IMG/VR virus record: IMGVR_UViG_3300009031_000221
Coordinates: 416,001-480,000 of that record
Reading direction: 5' to 3' (one strand)
DNA length: 64,000 nucleotides
From: a virus
Lineage: Duplodnaviria; Caudoviricetes
Numbering within the stretch: position 1 is the first letter of the stretch; each line of letters opens with the position of its first letter. The position numbers were made by a program, and so were the translations under genes. The notes under the pieces were generated by a model. That model did not search any database. It had not been told where the DNA came from and was given only the letters and a program-made list of their open reading frames with translations. Shown one piece after another: positions 61,923-64,000 of the stretch.

Positions 61923-62360
61923 ATGGATCTCAATCAAGCGTCGGAACAGGAACTTCAAGAGGAACTCCGGAAACGGATGACCCAGCGTGTGGCAACGGCT
62001 CTTCAAGACGTAGAAGCCCAGATGCAGGCCACCATCCTGAAGGAGCGCCTCCGCCTTGGCGATGACGAAGAAGTCCTTGTGTCGCTGCATTCCCTGCCCG
62101 TGGGCAGCCTCTTCGTGACCCGGGAACGCTACACCCCGGAGACGACCTATCAGCGGACCTACAAGGTTCAGAACTGTCCGACTCGCAATTCCGTGGGTAT
62201 CCTGGATGTGACCAATGGCGACATTGGCATGGTTTGGACTCGTTCCGGAGGCGGCAAGTACATCAATTACCTGGTGGTCAATGGGCATCAACTCGTTCTG
62301 GCGGCAGGGGATGTCCCCCGGTGGCACGACAAGGTCATCCCTCTCCTGTACAAGGGCTAG
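61923..62360 (+). CDS. hypothetical protein
   Basis: GGAGG RBS. Confidence 0.7.
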   Translation: MDLNQASEQELQEELRKRMTQRVATALQDVEAQMQATILKERLRLGDDEEVLVSLHSLPVGSLFVTRERYTPETTYQRTYKVQNCPTRNSVGILDVTNGDIGMVWTRSGGGKYINYLVVNGHQLVLAAGDVPRWHDKVIPLLYKG

Positions 62361-62411
62361 GGGTACTGAAAGTTCTCCCAATAGGGTAGAACCAGTCCCG
62401 GAGGTTCATTA

Positions 62412-63266
62412 ATGGCAACTGCAGGCAGTATTCCCGAGAAACTCGTCGTTGTTCTGAAGAATTCTTGCAAACACAAATGGCAAGGAGGAGAATTCGTAGC
62501 TCCTGATGCCTATGTCACCGATGCAAAGTCCAAGACTGCATTGGAGACAGCAAGGAATTGGGCAGTCCGTACCTACGGATACCAAACAGCTCCGGATGCT
62601 AATACCACTTCCCCCGCCATCGTCGAAATCGACAATGAACCCTTCAACACCCTTCGCATTGTCGGAATGGAAGAGCGTGGGGAAGGCGGGCGTGCATGGA
62701 AGGTCATCACACCTCAAGGTTGGATCGTTGACCTTCGTGAAGACGTATTCATGGAGGCACTGTTTGGGCATCGCATCACCAATACTGCGGGGCTTGAAAT
62801 CAAAGGGCCGTTCCGTTGGGTTGTCAATGGATCACAGATGCGACTTGCCCTGGTAGACTCCTCCTTGTACCGGGACATTGCCAAGCTCGACGCCATCAAG
62901 AAGTTGCCTCAGGCAGGCAAAATCCCGGCTGCATCCTTGGTAGTAGGTGGCCTCTATACTTCCCTTGGATGGAAGGATCGGCGTTACAACAGATCCCGAT
63001 ACAGCGTTTTCCTGGGCCATGTTCGGCACAAGGGCAAGAAGGCCTTCGCATGGTATGAATGCTATGCGTCACATCCCATCACAAACGCCGATATTATTTC
63101 AGTACAACAGGAAATCAATCGGTGGGCAACGGGGCATATTACCATCACAGGTGCCTTGTCATGTACCGAATTCGCAGGGACGATCATCGTCCCGCCTCAG
63201 AAGCCCGCGAAAATCTACAATGGTTACGGGGACACTGTAGACGTGGGGGACTTGGACTGGCTGTAA
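62412..63266 (+). CDS. conserved phage hypothetical protein
   Basis: GGAGG RBS; long ORF. Confidence 0.7.
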   Translation: MATAGSIPEKLVVVLKNSCKHKWQGGEFVAPDAYVTDAKSKTALETARNWAVRTYGYQTAPDANTTSPAIVEIDNEPFNTLRIVGMEERGEGGRAWKVITPQGWIVDLREDVFMEALFGHRITNTAGLEIKGPFRWVVNGSQMRLALVDSSLYRDIAKLDAIKKLPQAGKIPAASLVVGGLYTSLGWKDRRYNRSRYSVFLGHVRHKGKKAFAWYECYASHPITNADIISVQQEINRWATGHITITGALSCTEFAGTIIVPPQKPAKIYNGYGDTVDVGDLDWL

Positions 63267-63919
63267 CCAGCCTTGTATTCGTGGTTGTCCCACCAAGTCC
63301 GTAGGCGTGCCACATTCCGTTCCGCTTCCTTGACCACTTCCTCAGTCACCTGATCCCTGCATCCTACTCCTCCCCCACAGCCCCCGTCACACCAAACAAC
63401 ATGCAGTGCCGCCAGTTGCTTGTTCCGATATTCTGCAACCTCTTGTGCAGTACGGATTTGCTTTTGCAAGGAACGGATGTGCTTGGTCATCGTCGCAAGG
63501 ATATCCTTTTCCCGTGGAGCCCAGGGATCGTACTGACGCATCCTGCGGATAGAATCATCCACTTCCTTCCGCCGTTCCTCGGGAGTCTCGGCACGGTACA
63601 AGCGTAGCTGTGCCTCAAGCTCCTTGATCTTCTTGCGGGATGATAGAAGCGCTTCCGCCATGAACTCAATGACAATCTTGACACGTTGAATGTCATCCCG
63701 CTCCTCCCCCCAGAAGATTTCCTTCCAATAGAACTCCTTGGCGAGGTTGAATCGGGTCAATACCTCCAATGCCCCGTTCTGGTATTTATCCAGTGCGGTT
63801 TTGGCATCTTCCCACTGCCCCCGAAACTTCCGGTAATTCCAGTTCTCCGTTTCCACCGCCCGTTGAAGGCGTTCAATTTCCTTGTCCATTGGTTTTTCCT
63901 TTGTAGCGAACCAACTCAT
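63224..63919 (-). CDS. coiled-coil hypothetical protein
   Basis: Heptad-rich; GAGG RBS. Confidence 0.65.
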   Translation of the reverse strand: MSWFATKEKPMDKEIERLQRAVETENWNYRKFRGQWEDAKTALDKYQNGALEVLTRFNLAKEFYWKEIFWGEERDDIQRVKIVIEFMAEALLSSRKKIKELEAQLRLYRAETPEERRKEVDDSIRRMRQYDPWAPREKDILATMTKHIRSLQKQIRTAQEVAEYRNKQLAALHVVWCDGGCGGGVGCRDQVTEEVVKEAERNVARLRTWWDNHEYKAGYSQSKSPTSTVSP

Positions 63920-64000
63920 AGCTTGACCTCATCGGGATACAGAGTCATCAGGTCGCGGAGCCGTTGCCGGTCATTCGCTTCATTCCGAATACGGGCCTCC

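Noticed and set aside
1-64000. Stop-codon reassignment (TAG is very frequent)
   Set aside because: Conserved enzymes (RtcB, PhoH, PARP, RNA ligase) are full length in the standard code, and TAG stops fall at natural domain ends next to promoters

Overview
This window looks like the early/accessory region of a large (probably jumbo) tailed phage. It holds about 130 densely tiled, mostly small ORFs in alternating strand blocks. I saw no host housekeeping operons, rRNA, tRNA, CRISPR array or clear virion-structural module. Recognisable genes: a NAD+-dependent DNA ligase split into two separately promoted genes around a DGQHR/TnsA-like insertion; two PARP-type ADP-ribosyltransferases (one with a PARP1/2-like WGR-helical-catalytic layout); two RNA ligases (DRB0094-type and RtcB) with HAD and cyclic-phosphate-receiver partners; an Apyc1-like metallo-beta-lactamase; two stand-alone DUF262 proteins; CoaB, PhoH, Tmk, BtpA, a nucleoside hydrolase, a radical SAM enzyme, an AAA ATPase and several HNH-type endonucleases. 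The dominant non-coding signal is a dispersed element, CTTACTT-N12-GCGTAGAT. I located 34 near-perfect copies by eye, essentially always pointing into a gene. Many are followed by a small hairpin with covarying stems and a C..GA loop, then a GGAA(C)nnACGATG start context. Upstream genes often stop right at the element, giving a promoter-stem-loop-RBS gene-cassette architecture. Cys-rich and lipoprotein genes hint at a myxobacterial-type host (inference). All family calls are from motif recognition only; no database searches were run.
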